64,000 bases of DNA. Origin: Amoebidium appalachense. Its lineage: Eukaryota > Protista > Ichthyosporea. The notes beneath the pieces were generated by a model. It searched no databases and was not told where the DNA came from. It saw only the letters and a program-made list of their open reading frames with translations. Position numbers and translations under genes: made by a program. The first letter of the stretch is position 1, and every line of letters starts with the position of its first letter. Of this stretch, positions 1 through 46,502 are shown in pieces. Location: positions 1,116,001 to 1,180,000 of the forward strand of contig CAVNZM010000010.1 of assembly GCA_963693365.1 (NCBI GenBank), in the 5' to 3' direction.

Positions 1-64
1 TTTTGCAAAACGTTCATGAATAACATAATGTATCATAATACATGATTCCCCATATTCGGTACCG

Positions 65-98
<34 letters not shown>

Positions 99-356
99 CC
101 CCGACACCCCCCAAACCACCACCACCACCACCACCACTACACACACACAAAAAAAAAAACACGAACACAAAAACACACGCACACATACTTAGGGCATGCA
201 GGCAGGCGCACACACATCACAGACACTCGCACGATACACACATTCTCTTGGACACGAACCACATAAAACTACAAAAGGCATGTGCACTTACACGCACCGC
301 GCACATACACAACCAGCATAAGCCAGATAATCCAATCACACACACACTGCACACAC

Positions 357-514
357 CAAGGCCTCCTAAATAGCACTCCAGGAGTGCTATTTAGGTTACC
401 ACCTACTGAGGCGGTGTCTCCTTTTTTTTTTTTTTTACTTAAAAGAGTAGTAGATGTATAACGTCGCACGTGCGGTCAACACGTCAGTACGTGTTAGCTA
501 TTTAGGAGGCCTTG
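357..514. mobile_element. ~158-bp MITE, hAT-like
   Basis: Perfect 20-bp inverted repeat accaaggcctcctaaatagc (355-374) / gctatttaggaggccttggt (497-516). If the ends are CAAGG...CCTTG, the 8-bp flanks are gcacacac / gtacacgc (6/8 match, a degenerate hAT-type TSD). Internal perfect hairpin cctaaatagcactcc-a-ggagtgctatttagg at 365-395. Confidence 0.7.
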
Positions 515-1021
515 GTACACGCACGCACAGCCATGGCTAAAAATAACAAGTATCGCGCGACTCATCGCTGAGCCGCGATGTGCGCCAAAACAACACGAGG
601 GCCCGATATTTTTTTTGGGGTCTGTGCGAGGTGTTGTGCCTGTGTGAGTGATATTTTACGTTTTAGAGTATCATAATACAAGTTGGTAGACACGTCGACG
701 TCGCACCACGCCTAATGTAGAAATTCCTTAAGTTTATTATACTTGTGACAATAGAGTTCGTTAAAGGCCATTTTGGCACATTTTGGTTTTGCCATCGTGA
801 TAATAGAGATCATAGGCGGAAAGTGACTTTGGGGTAGACGGGCATGCTGTGCTGAACGGTCAGCCAGAAGGGGGAAAAGACGGACGCAAAGCCCGAATTC
901 TTCGGTTTCTGGGCGGAGAGATGAGTAAGTGAACAAAGGCTGTGCAGGATGCTGTGTGATGAGCGTTGCACGTATGAAAACAGTAGGGTTAAGGGGAAGG
1001 AGGTTTTTTTTTTGGCGGTGG

Positions 1022-1060
<39 letters not shown>

Positions 1061-1377
1061 GAGAGCACTCGAAGATCGTGGGAAAATGGTGTGCATCTGG
1101 AAATGTTTGACAAAGGGAAAATGTGAGGGCACTTGGGGGGAAGGGGGGGGGGGGGGGGGGGGGGTTTCTATCTAATGCTTTAATGGTCGATGATGCTGTT
1201 TGTTCGGGTTGTGCCAGACCATTGTATGAACAAAAGGTTTGTCCTAACAACAACATATATTGGATTTGACTTTCCCAAGGCTCTCTAATAAAAAGCACCC
1301 AAAAAAAAGGGGGCGGGGTTGGGGGGGGAACTTCGTTTGTTGATATACCCCTTCCCCCCCCCCCCCCCCCCTCCCCC

Positions 1378-1416
<39 letters not shown>

Positions 1417-1613
1417 GCCTGCCGGCCCACACACACACTCACACCAAAAATAAAAAATAAAAAAATAAATAATAATAATAGCAACAATAATGAAAATAAG
1501 TAAATACATAAAACCACCCAGCCCAAACTTTCCACCTACCAATCACCGACAGATGGATGCAGGATGTGTGCTTCTTTGTGTGTGGGTGGGGAGGTGGGGG
1601 TTTTGCTGGGGGA

Positions 1614-1646
<33 letters not shown>

Positions 1647-2052
1647 GCAAGACACTCACACAACCACACACACACACACACACACACAGAGAGTGTGTGT
1701 TTTTTTGGGGGGGGGGGGGGGGGGGAGGGGGCAGGGAGTGAGGGTGGGTGTGTGGGTGTGCCCGCGCGTGTGAAGGAGGGAAGAGGAAGGGAGGGAGTGA
1801 GGGAGGGAGGAGGAGGGGGGGGGGGGGGAGGGAGAGAGGGAGGGAGGGAGAGGACGGGGAAGTGCGTGAGGGAGGGAGCGAAGGAGGGGGGAGGGAGGGA
1901 GGGATGGAGAGGAAGTGATTAAGGAGAAGGGGGGGGGGGGGGGGGAGGGGGGGGGGGTGAAGAGTGTTTCCACGTAAACTCGATTCACAAGAAGCTGCAA
2001 AACTCAGGTTATTTAATTTAGGTTTTTTTTTAAAAAAAACATTCGGCTTCAG

Positions 2053-21442
<19,390 letters not shown>

Positions 21443-21876
21443 ACGAAAAGGACTAATGTGCACGTAGTACTTTGTGGTGAGAATGGATATGGTTGTGGTG
21501 TGTAATGTACTGTTGCACAAAAGGGATGCTGTCAGTGTATGTTAACGATAGCTATAAGTACTTTTTTGGGGGGGGGGAAACACGAATGTGTAGGTGGGGG
21601 TTTTTTTTTTTTTAAAAAAAATTGTGTCGTGCGAGTATATCATCGGGGTGGTGTTGTTGATTTAGTTTTGTTGGTTAAAAAAATCAGAAGTTGTCGAACG
21701 ACATGCACTCTTTTTTTTTTTCTTTCCCCCCCCCCCCCCCCCCCCCCCCTTTTTTTTTTTTTTTTTTTGTTTTGGGGGGGGGGGGGGGGGGGGGGGGGGG
21801 TATGCACGCCACTTACGCTCACTTGATTAAGCATGTGTATTTAAAAAAAATGTGATACCAACGCTTACGGCACGCG

Positions 21877-21930
<54 letters not shown>

Positions 21931-22150
21931 GACACACACAGTGACACACACACACGCACACACGAGTGATCGGCTACACGACCACAATGTCATAGCGCTC
22001 ATGCCGTGATGTATACGTGCCTGTTACTCTACTAATACTACAGCTATGTAATGGAATGGATTTTCGTTCGGTACTATGAGCTCACACGTGACCTCAGAGC
22101 CTTCCATAGATTTTAACACCACTCCACTCCGTAGAAACACAATAACAACC

Positions 22151-23074
22151 ATGCCGAAACCTTCGGTTGATACAGTGCTGGCAGAACTTGCCTCGTTAAG
22201 AAACAGCTAGATGAGCTGTTACCACTCAAGAACATGATAGAAAAACTCCAAACAGAAAATATCCATCTCAAGCTCACCATTGATTCACTCACAGCCCAGC
22301 TAAACAGTAGTGGATCGCAAAACCCCGAAACTCATGAGCAAACATCTCGCGATGGAGACATTTCCACCCCAACACAAAACAACACAGGACCGGAAGCACA
22401 GCTCCCGGCAGAGTTCCTAGAATATGCGAACTCTCGTAAAACACCCGAGCTCCGCCAAATTGCCAAGGAAACATATGCCAGCATTCTTGCAGGCAACGAG
22501 TACCGCCGCAACTCCCCTCCCAAACCGCCGGCTAAGGGGAACACCCAAGCAAACGGTAATATCAACATCCCACCCAAATACGAGAGGGTGTATTTCAAAG
22601 TCAAGCACGGCAGACGCCCACACGGGGCCATGTGGTCCATCTTCAAGGCTCTCGGCTTCCGGTGCTCTCGCATCCTTTGTCTGTCCTTCATTGGATACGA
22701 TGTACTGGAAGTAGCAGTACGTACAGGGCGACTATAACCGTGCGTTCATCCGTGACGCGACAAAGGGGTGTGGAAGCTTCTTCACCCACCTCCCAAGCTA
22801 CGACCCATGCGCGCCGGAAAACATTCAGAAAGCAGACAAAGAACGTAAAGTGTTTGTTAAGAATGCGTGCGCCACACGCTGTCGTGTACGCATCAGCAAG
22901 GCAAGAGAGTTCCTCGCAAAGTTGGAAAACGATGCTACGAGCGTGATAGACACGGACACGAAGGAACCAATGTTTTCTGGTGAGAAACTACTCGAGCGCA
23001 AACGCCGATACGAGATGGAAATCGAGCTCTTCTGCGAACTGTTCGCGCTGGCGGAAGGTCGTGCATACGACTAA
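22151..23074 (+). pseudogene. Frameshifted ORF1 (gag-like) of a LINE-type non-LTR retrotransposon
   Basis: Intronless region. ATG at 22151, then a coiled coil (ELASL..QLDELLPLKNMIEKLQTENIHLKLTIDSL), a TYASIL motif and RILCLSFIGYDVLEVAV...YDP, spread over several frames. This architecture resembles fungal/microsporidian-type LINE ORF1 from memory and was not searched. Flanked by (CA)n on both sides. Confidence 0.55.
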
Positions 23075-23135
23075 AGAGAGTGAAAGAGAAAGACGCAGAG
23101 AGGCTTGGGCACTTGAATACCCTTGCCCACCGCAG

Positions 23136-23179
<44 letters not shown>

Positions 23180-24464
23180 CCACCGAATGAAGATAATCTA
23201 ACACCCTCAAAACGGCAGGTAATTCGTTGTCCGCCGTGGCACCGTGAATGTAAGACAGACCTAACATGGCCTTATCCCTTCGTTCCTGCATCAATCTCCG
23301 TTCGCTCGATTCTTTGGAATTCATGAGATTCGCGGTGGTCCGATTTTCTTGTCTCTTAGCCCTGAGAGCAGAGCATCAGGAGGGGTCAAAGCATTCCGCA
23401 CAATCTCTTCGTGTCTACTGCAATCTAATGTTTTTAGAATCGGCTGAAACTTTTTCGCCCACTCATCCCTACGAGCATTTAACTCCTTGGTCACTGCGGG
23501 GTCATCATCCTCGTAATCATCCTCGCTAGTACTCTGCAACTTCTTCCGAGCAGGGCGAATCGTCATCATCATTTAACGTGGAAAAACGATACCCCGATAG
23601 AGAAGCCAGAGAGACTTTTGGTCCTCTGGCATCGTCATCATCTACCGGGGAAATGGGTCGGTTAAACAAAGGTGCGAGATAGACTTTTGCTCGTTCCTCC
23701 TTCTTTTGCTTAGGGATCTGACCAAATCCAGCACCTCGTAATTCATCTCCCTCACTCAGTTTCGCATTGAAATCTCTTTCCCCACCGTCTAACGGTGTAT
23801 CGGCACGGTTCGAGTTTTCCCCTTGTTTTGATGGGGCCAACCTATAACATGCATCGACCCCAGTTTTGGTTCATGTTCAGTGGAGGTAGGTGAGTTATCC
23901 ACACCGCCGGCGCGAGTGACTTTGTTAGCAGGAGCGTCATCATCATTGTTCGCAGTGTGCTGATGTTTGTTCAAAGCACCAGTTTTGTTACCCGATTGAA
24001 CCTTTACATTTTTTTTTTTTTTGCTAACGCGTACGCCACGAGGCTGGCTGTGGCGGTGGGGTGATGTTTGTTTGTGTGAGTCTGACATTCTGTAGTGCGC
24101 TTCTTTCGGACCTTGCAATGGAGCCAAACATGAACCTTTTTTTGCTTCAGGAAAAGGGGGTGAGGAAGTGGAGTGGGTAAAGCTTTCTAAGTGGGTGTTT
24201 TTCTTCTCCCAACAAGTCACTGCCAGACTGGTTGCCATGAATTCGAAGTGAACAGTGCGCCATCGACAGCCGAGTAATGTGCCTGTCGAGTACTACGGTG
24301 ACTTGGAGTCATTTTATGTCGACCCATGAGTCAGGTAATGCCTTTGAATTGTCTTTTAGCGGTCTTGAAGTCATGAGTCAGGTCATGATTTAGCTATAGA
24401 GTCACGAAATGCAAGTCAAGTCAAGCAATCATGCAGGTGACTTTGCCAATCCTTTTTTTTTTTT

Positions 24465-24519
<55 letters not shown>

Positions 24520-24677
24520 GGTTGGTTGGTTGGTTGGTTGGTTGGTTGGTTGGTTGGTTGTTGCAGTATTATTACTGAGCCATTACTGATATTATTATTA
24601 CTATGTGTGTTTATGTGTTTATATTTGTGTGTGTTTGTGTGTGTGTGCGCGCGCGCGCGCGCGTGTGTGTGTGTGTG

Positions 24678-24715
<38 letters not shown>

Positions 24716-25456
24716 TGTGTGTGCGCGCGCGCGCACGCGCCTGTGTATGTTGGTTGTGGTGGTGGTGGTGGTGGGGGGGAGGGGGTGGGGGGGAGACGAG
24801 CAAAGTCTTGAATCTATGGGGTGCACCATAGGAAGACGGAGTCCAGCTTGCTGGGTACCACCCAATCAGTTTAAGTGGTTTCAATGATTTTAATTTTTGG
24901 CGGGTATTTGGTTTATTTGAGACTACTGAAAATGGATTGGTCACATTAAAATAATATTTAGCGTTAAAACTTTTTATTGCGGAGGGTGGAGCCTTCAGCC
25001 CCTTTGCGCTAGTATCAGCTACAAATTTAAGCCATGTAGTGTTTATAGTGTTCAAAATTAAGGCACAGCCATAATTAAACGCAAGGTGTAGTTGGGTGCT
25101 GTTACTAATATCATAGTAATTAGTACCTTCTCTGAGTGAAATGTGTGATTCCAAAAATGTATAAAAAACGGCGACAAAAAACAGGCTTTTACTTTTTAAG
25201 AAGTGATTGATTCCTGTCCTTTAAGGATCTATAAGATAGATTAATAGGAACACAATACAAAATTTAATTCATTCAATAATGACCTTTAATTGGATGATAT
25301 AAAACACGGTCCTGTTCTAAAAACCACAAGTTATGTAAGAATTCTATTCGTACATATACACACACACGAAGGTAATATATCCAGGGCCCTTCAAGGAAGA
25401 TCAAAAAACATTCAGAGATATTTTACTCCAATCACATCCAAGCTACAAATCTTAAC

Positions 25457-40588
<15,132 letters not shown>

Positions 40589-41427
40589 CCTGCTCTTGAA
40601 TAGCAGTGTGTGCCTAAGTGCATCATCCTGGTGGGAGGAGGGGCGGGAGGCCGGGAGAAAAAGGGGAGGGGGGGGGGGGGGGGGGGGGGCGGGGGCGGGG
40701 AGGGGAGGGAGAGGGGGAGAGACAAGAGGGCGAGCGAAAGAGAAAGAGAGGGCTCAAGGGGAGTTAGAGCGAGAAGGGGGGGGGGGGGGGGGGGGGGGGG
40801 GGGGAGGGGGGATAGATGTGTGTGTATGTTTAAGGGGTTGGGAGGGAGCCGTGGAGAGGGCGTGTGTGGGGGGGGGGGGGGGGGGGGGGGGGGGAACGAG
40901 AGAGGGAGAAAGAGATAGAGAGAGACATGAGGGAATGGTGAAGGGATGCGAGAGAAAATGATTTTTGATGCCGCAGGATAGAGCCAGACTCTGAAGAGCT
41001 GCCGTGTATATTACGTCGTAACGGTGCAAGCTACAAAGAAAGTTGTATGTAACTGCTATGTGTTTCTAACACGCACTCTCGTGCGTGATTATTGGCATTT
41101 CAAGTTGAAGGGAAAACACAGAAGAAAGGCATGTTTCGTTCGTGCTCTGCGGTAGCGTAGCGGTTTGCGACATCTTACCACCGATACCCAATATTGGGGG
41201 CTATGAATCATACCAATTAGGCAGATTTTTTTTTTCTTTTGCAGATTTTCAACTTAGGTTGCTTCTGTCGGTTTTATTGCTCTCTTGTGGCTCACACAAT
41301 CTGGTCCCCGGGACCCCCACTACTACATCAATACATACGGTTACACATGCCTATGGTCGCAGATCGATCAACTTGTATGGACTAAGTCTGGGCTGTATAC
41401 ACACGTATCCACACTGGCTACGTGCCT

Positions 41428-41474
<47 letters not shown>

Positions 41475-41794
41475 AACACCTACCCTTGCCCCTAAGAGGT
41501 ACACTAACCCAAAGAAGCTAGACGGGGGACTAAAAAGCGCGGGCGGGAGGGTGGGCTAGAGAGAGCAGCGACGGGGGACAAAAAGTGAGGGTGATTTAAC
41601 CATCACCCACTTTTTATAGTACCCTAAAAAGCTGCTACTGTGCCTATTGGGTGATCACTTCGATCTCCCAATATGGCACTACTAAGTTTAGAAAATCTGG
41701 ATTTCCCAAATCAACGATTTTCAACTTAGGTTGCTAGCTATGTCCATAATTCTGCCAACTACAAGCTTACATAACCCAACCTTGCTAAGCCAAT

Positions 41795-43009
41795 TCACCT
41801 GCGGACGCGGGCGGTCGGGCACCCCGGGGGCAACATTCCGAAGTAGAGCCAGTCGTCGGCCGTAGGGATGTGGCCGAGGCCGTAGTGGGACACCGGGGTG
41901 CGGCTGCCAAGCTGCCACACACCCAGCCACGACACAAACGCCTCGTCCACAAGCAGGGCACGGCAGGCGCCCACCAGGCCATGGCGCAGGCAGTGCCACG
42001 TGACGCATGCAGCCTCAGTGGCGAGCACCCCCACATGGCGCAACTCGGCGCGCAGCCAATCGTTTCCTACTTTGGGTGACGCTTTGGGCACGAGCAGCGC
42101 AGTACGGAAGGGTAGAGCTGCCAGCATGTGGTGGAACGCCGACGCACACACCGCCGGAACGACTCGATGCCGTACGGGGGGACGGAGAACTTTCCCCCCT
42201 GCCTGCTTGATAGCCTGAAAGGAGAGGGTGACACGGGCAAGACCCTCGGCACTGACTGGGCCGACAACAACATCTTCGCCGCGGAGCGTAGACACTGAAC
42301 CCCACCGAAGGCCAAACAGGTAGCTGGCAGTCACGGCCCCCAACCACCGGGCACCGTCGCCTGACGTGTGCCCCCGCTGCAACAAGCCGGTGAACCAGGA
42401 AGCGTCGAAACGCGACAACTCCGCTGGCGGGGGCCGAACTTTGAGCACGGCGGACGAATAGGACTTCTTGACCATGGCGATGGTGGAGGCGTCGACATAT
42501 GGCAGACGCCAGAGCTCATGCACCTTGCGCAGGGCGGAAAACTTGCTGTCCAGACTTGGAGGTTCGTACCCTTGTTTGAACAGGTCGGCAGCATAGGCCA
42601 GCAGGGTGCCGGACGATGTCGGCCACGGCTGCAGACGGTTGGCGGCACAAAATTGTACGTATCGATACACATCTGACTGATAGACTCTCCAGGTCTTGTC
42701 GCTAAGAAAACCCTCCAGCAACAAACTGGCCTCGGCCCGAACCCCTTCCGGCATAGAGACCACCACAGCTGCCTTCCACTCCTGGAAGTTGCCCAGGGCA
42801 GGGGCCTGCAACGGGCCCACCGGCACCGGTGTTGGCGCCGGGGCAGCCGGCCTGGCCGGGGGCGGAGGAGGGAGGGTAGCGGCTGCGGGGGCCGGCGGTG
42901 GCGGTTCGGGCGCGGGGTCTGGCTGGTTGTTGACTGGGCCTGGCTGCGGCACCGGGACTGGCCGTTGGGCCGGCACGGGCGGATAGAAATTTATAAACGC
43001 ATGCAACAT
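41795..43009 (-). CDS. Tyrosine recombinase, DIRS/Ngaro-type (SAM-like N-domain + catalytic domain)
   Basis: Intronless GC-rich 404-aa ORF. N-domain pattern TWRVYQSDVYRYVQFC...WP...LLAY...SALRKVH. Catalytic residues in order: R (FGLRW), K (AIKQ), HxxR (WHCLRHG), W (LGVW), Y (SHY). Confidence 0.88.
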   Translation of the reverse strand: MLHAFINFYPPVPAQRPVPVPQPGPVNNQPDPAPEPPPPAPAAATLPPPPPARPAAPAPTPVPVGPLQAPALGNFQEWKAAVVVSMPEGVRAEASLLLEGFLSDKTWRVYQSDVYRYVQFCAANRLQPWPTSSGTLLAYAADLFKQGYEPPSLDSKFSALRKVHELWRLPYVDASTIAMVKKSYSSAVLKVRPPPAELSRFDASWFTGLLQRGHTSGDGARWLGAVTASYLFGLRWGSVSTLRGEDVVVGPVSAEGLARVTLSFQAIKQAGGKVLRPPVRHRVVPAVCASAFHHMLAALPFRTALLVPKASPKVGNDWLRAELRHVGVLATEAACVTWHCLRHGLVGACRALLVDEAFVSWLGVWQLGSRTPVSHYGLGHIPTADDWLYFGMLPPGCPTARVRR

Positions 43010-43109
43010 GATTTAATATTTTCCCCACACTAATGTACAGTAATATACAAGAGGCGACGAGCGCACTGCCCGCCGCAAGTGCCCCGGCCCACTGGCCGGG
43101 GGTGCGGCA

Positions 43110-43352
43110 CTACTGCCGCGAGGCACCGCCGGTCGTCATGCCGACGGCGCCCCCGCTGGGGGGAGGCCCACGGCCCCCTGCCCCTTTTCCGTCCATGCCC
43201 CCACGTGGGGCACCACCATCGCTGCCACCGGCCCCCTTGGCACGCTGCACCAGGTTGAGCTCGGCCTCTTTCTTTCTTGCCTCCGCAAGGGCCCTGGACC
43301 ATCTTGACGAGAGCTGGGGGTAATAGTCGCGCTCCATATTGGCCCGCACGAC
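43110..43352 (-). CDS. Short GC-rich ORF or exon upstream of the recombinase (possible Gag C-terminus)
   Basis: Same strand and GC content as the YR ORF, with a helical segment then a Gly-rich tail. Begins after a possible acceptor gctgat...ttgcccag. No clear homologue recognised. Confidence 0.4.
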   Translation of the reverse strand, partial: VVRANMERDYYPQLSSRWSRALAEARKKEAELNLVQRAKGAGGSDGGAPRGGMDGKGAGGRGPPPSGGAVGMTTGGASRQ

Positions 43353-44299
43353 CTGGGCAAAGCATCAGCAAACATCTCCCGGCATCTTTTTCCCGTCTCA
43401 AACCAGTCTGGGACATCCTAAACCCGTAACCCATCCTGAACCATACCCTTTGTAACCGTTATTAGTTAGAGATGACTCCAAGCTATCCCTAACCCGTCCG
43501 GCTTTAGCAGGCGATATTAAAGACATCTCTGTAAGTATGTCCTTAGCATAATATCTGTAACCCGGCGAAACCCTATCCCGTGTTCCATCTGTTTCCTCCC
43601 CCAAGCATATCTTAGAGCCGTCTTTGTTATGTCTTAAACGAATCTATAAAAAGACAATATTTATGAACTTTTACTAAAAAGATATCCCCAGCATATCTGT
43701 AAGCTATCGATCAGCCGTCTACAAGAGCGCTTTGCGATCACCAATATCCATCTTTAATACTACTTTATGTAGTTCAGACGAACATATATGGCATACTTAA
43801 CACCTCTTGAAGAATTTGCAGAGATATATTACAGATATGTTGTGGTTAACCTAAATGTATCCTTACGATGTAGTTATGTAATATGTTATTTCAGTCTAAC
43901 ACGAGTTGTCGACTTTAGGACGTACTAAAAGCAACTCACCGATAGGCTAGGGATATTTTTATTGGTACATAGTGACACAAACAAGATATGCGTGAGACGT
44001 ATTTACGTCATAATATAGATTCATCATCAATTGAGGAAAAGACACAATTAATATACACTTTAGACGGCTTTAGGACGGCCTAACGTTATATATGGTCGCT
44101 CCCATAGATAGAATAATTATATATTCATAGTTCTGGTAAGAGCACCGGAAGATTTCTTGATGCAATTTTAAAGCCATCTTTCAGGATGTTCTAAAAGTCA
44201 CACTAAAAAGACCGTCGTCATCCTTAAAGTCATCTGTTGGATGGCTGGAGGTTGTCGTGATGATATCTTAAACCCCCCCCCCCCCCCCCCCCCCCCCCC

Positions 44300-45003
44300 T
44301 GACATATACTAATCCGTCTCAGCAGATTAGCCTAAGTCTACGATCGAGATCGGGGGGGAGGGGGTGGCCCGGGTCCACAGATCATCAAGATCAAGTCCGG
44401 GGCCTCAAGATAGCTGTACAGCTGCGTGCATCTTGCCTCTGCCGGCGCAGGGCATTGGACCACGTCAGCCGGGACAGCCGACCAATAGAATTCTAATTAG
44501 TGTGTAGGATAGATCGTAGGAGGACTTAGGAATGTGATTGTTCGGGCAGAAGCCCTTTTGTAAGTATTGGCAAGGTTAGATAGTGTTTGTTGCCAAACGT
44601 ATTTATATATTTAGATGTAGAGGAAAGGGGGGGGGGAGGGGGGGGCAGGATAGTATGAAATGTAGATTTAGACTCTGCGGTGCCACTAGGGGGAGGGTGA
44701 GGGGTGAGACATGGATAAATATATTAGTTGAGTAGATCGACTTAGCTCGTGCAGGCGCACGATAAAAGTAGATCGGAATGTTTGGAATGTGGCATCGTAG
44801 GGGGCCAGGTGATGATGATCTTTGAGGGCACGGCCTTGATGGCCTCAGTGGTAACTTAGTGTGATTCCGTACGGATCTAAGTTTGCCCGTCGGAGCCTGG
44901 TCTGAATAAACTTTACCGTTTTTCTGTACACGTTCGTTCCTTTTCGTGTGTGTACACTTAGTAGAGTGCCGCGTCTCTAGTACACATACATTAGGATACG
45001 ACA
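44300..45003 (+). repeat. LTR A (haplotype 1)
   Basis: TG...CA ends, imperfect 14-bp terminal IR (tgacatatactaat / attaggatacgaca), TATA-like tatttatata at ~44600, aataaa at ~44905. Confidence 0.95.
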
Positions 45004-45092
45004 AGCTACACCTTTCTTTTAGTGCGGTTTTTCGCGCTAGGGTAACGCGGTGACAGTTCCTTCTGGGCTGTTGCTACACCTCAAACACACAG

Positions 45093-45123
<31 letters not shown>

Positions 45124-45161
45124 ATAAACACAACCACACGAGTTCGGGCACACACCACACA

Positions 45162-46502
45162 ATGGCTAAGTTTAACGTAGACATGTTCTACGCATTGGCA
45201 GCGGAGGATAGCTCCCTGCACACACAGGTACCACAGGTTCATACACTAGACGTTAGACAGACCACAGCTTTCAGTTTTACACTCAAACACGACTCGGAAA
45301 TACCGAGGTGGCTTAGGACACTCCTAGCTAACACACCCACACTAGTGTTAGACACAAAGAAGGCCACCACTGTGGCGGCCTCGTGCTTAATGATCAAACA
45401 GTGCATCGACCACAAAACAATGGCCGACTTATGCACCCTGATGGAGGAACACCCGTACCGGGCCGAGCAGGCCCCCCAGGTGACGGCTCGTATATACGAG
45501 CAGCAGTACGACGAGGGGAGGGACGAGATGGTGTCCCGGACACTCGGCCAGAAACGTCTGGCCGCACGGTTCATCCCCGACGACGAGGACGAGAACAGCA
45601 CCGACGACGTGGACGGGGAGCTCGAGGCCTTCACACGGCCGGAAAACGAGCTCGAGTATACGGCCCGGCTCGTCGGCCGATACCTGACGGCCGACCGGCG
45701 CCGTACCTTCCGGGCCCAGCTCAGAGAATGGAAGTATACCTTTCCCACTTTAGATATGTCCCCCGTAGAAGCTCGTGCATTCTTTGAGAGGGAATATCGG
45801 GTCTTTGAAGACCTTTGTGAGTTAGCTGGTGACGTGAGTGATAGGGAAAAATTCGAGTTTGCTCGTAAGGCTCTCTCTGTAAACACCGACACTGCACGCA
45901 TGTTTGGGGAGCATGATGATGTAGATGAGGTGGTGTTGCATGTTAAACGTCACTTGCTTGCCATGCACGAGGTGAAGTTCAATAAGAGGGATAAAAAGGA
46001 GGTGATGGAAGTAGACAAGAAAAAGAAGGAGAGTGGACAGAAGGGGGAAAACTTTGAAAGAGAAAAAAGAGGGTGAACAGCCAGATGCACTCACCATGTT
46101 GGTCAAGCAGGTTGCCGAGCTCTCCCAGGCCGTCTTTTCTGGCCGAGGGGGCTTCGGCTTCCGGGGTGGCCGTGGCGGCGACCGGGGTGGACACGGCGGT
46201 CGTGGCCGAGGTGGACGTGGAGGACAACAGCAGCAGTTCACCGAGAGGTTTGCCCCTTATCTTGCTCGTGGTGCTGGGCAGGGTAGAGGGAGGGGTGGAA
46301 ATGGTGGTGAGAGAGGCCGAGGGGGGCAGGGGGGAAGGGGGGGCCGTGGTGCACACAGTGGGCCCCCCAGCATGACCGGGCTCCCGGTTATGCTTTGCGC
46401 CAAGGTTTTGAAGTCCCCCCTGGCCCCTTCTTTGGTGCATGTTACTTTTGTGGCCGGCAAGGGCACTCTGCTGCATATTGCCGTAGTTACAAGAGCTATT
46501 GA
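45162..46502 (+). pseudogene. gag of element X (7-nt insertion at ~46050 plus a further indel near 46360)
   Basis: Nearly identical to the intact gag at 56990-58324. The extra ctttg-containing insertion shifts the frame. Confidence 0.88.

Noticed and set aside
1180-2010. Candidate first exons of the ankyrin gene (e.g. MVDDAVCSGCARPLYEQK at ~1182-1236)
   Set aside because: No phase-consistent path to the phase-1 acceptor at 2052 could be fixed without transcript data.
24832-24954. Alternative terminal exon for the ankyrin-kinase gene
   Set aside because: Possible, but reading through to the TGA at 21442 gives a plausible post-RING helix and needs no extra intron. Left unannotated.
42702-43109. 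Readthrough of the TAG at 43110-43112 into an in-frame hydrophobic ORF
   Set aside because: Single copy in GC-rich sequence where open frames are common; no independent support.
45239-45901. 220-aa antisense ORF in gag (also 57067-57729) and 17411-18235 antisense to the acidic linker
   Set aside because: Shadow ORFs from codon bias of the sense gene, with no recognisable motifs.
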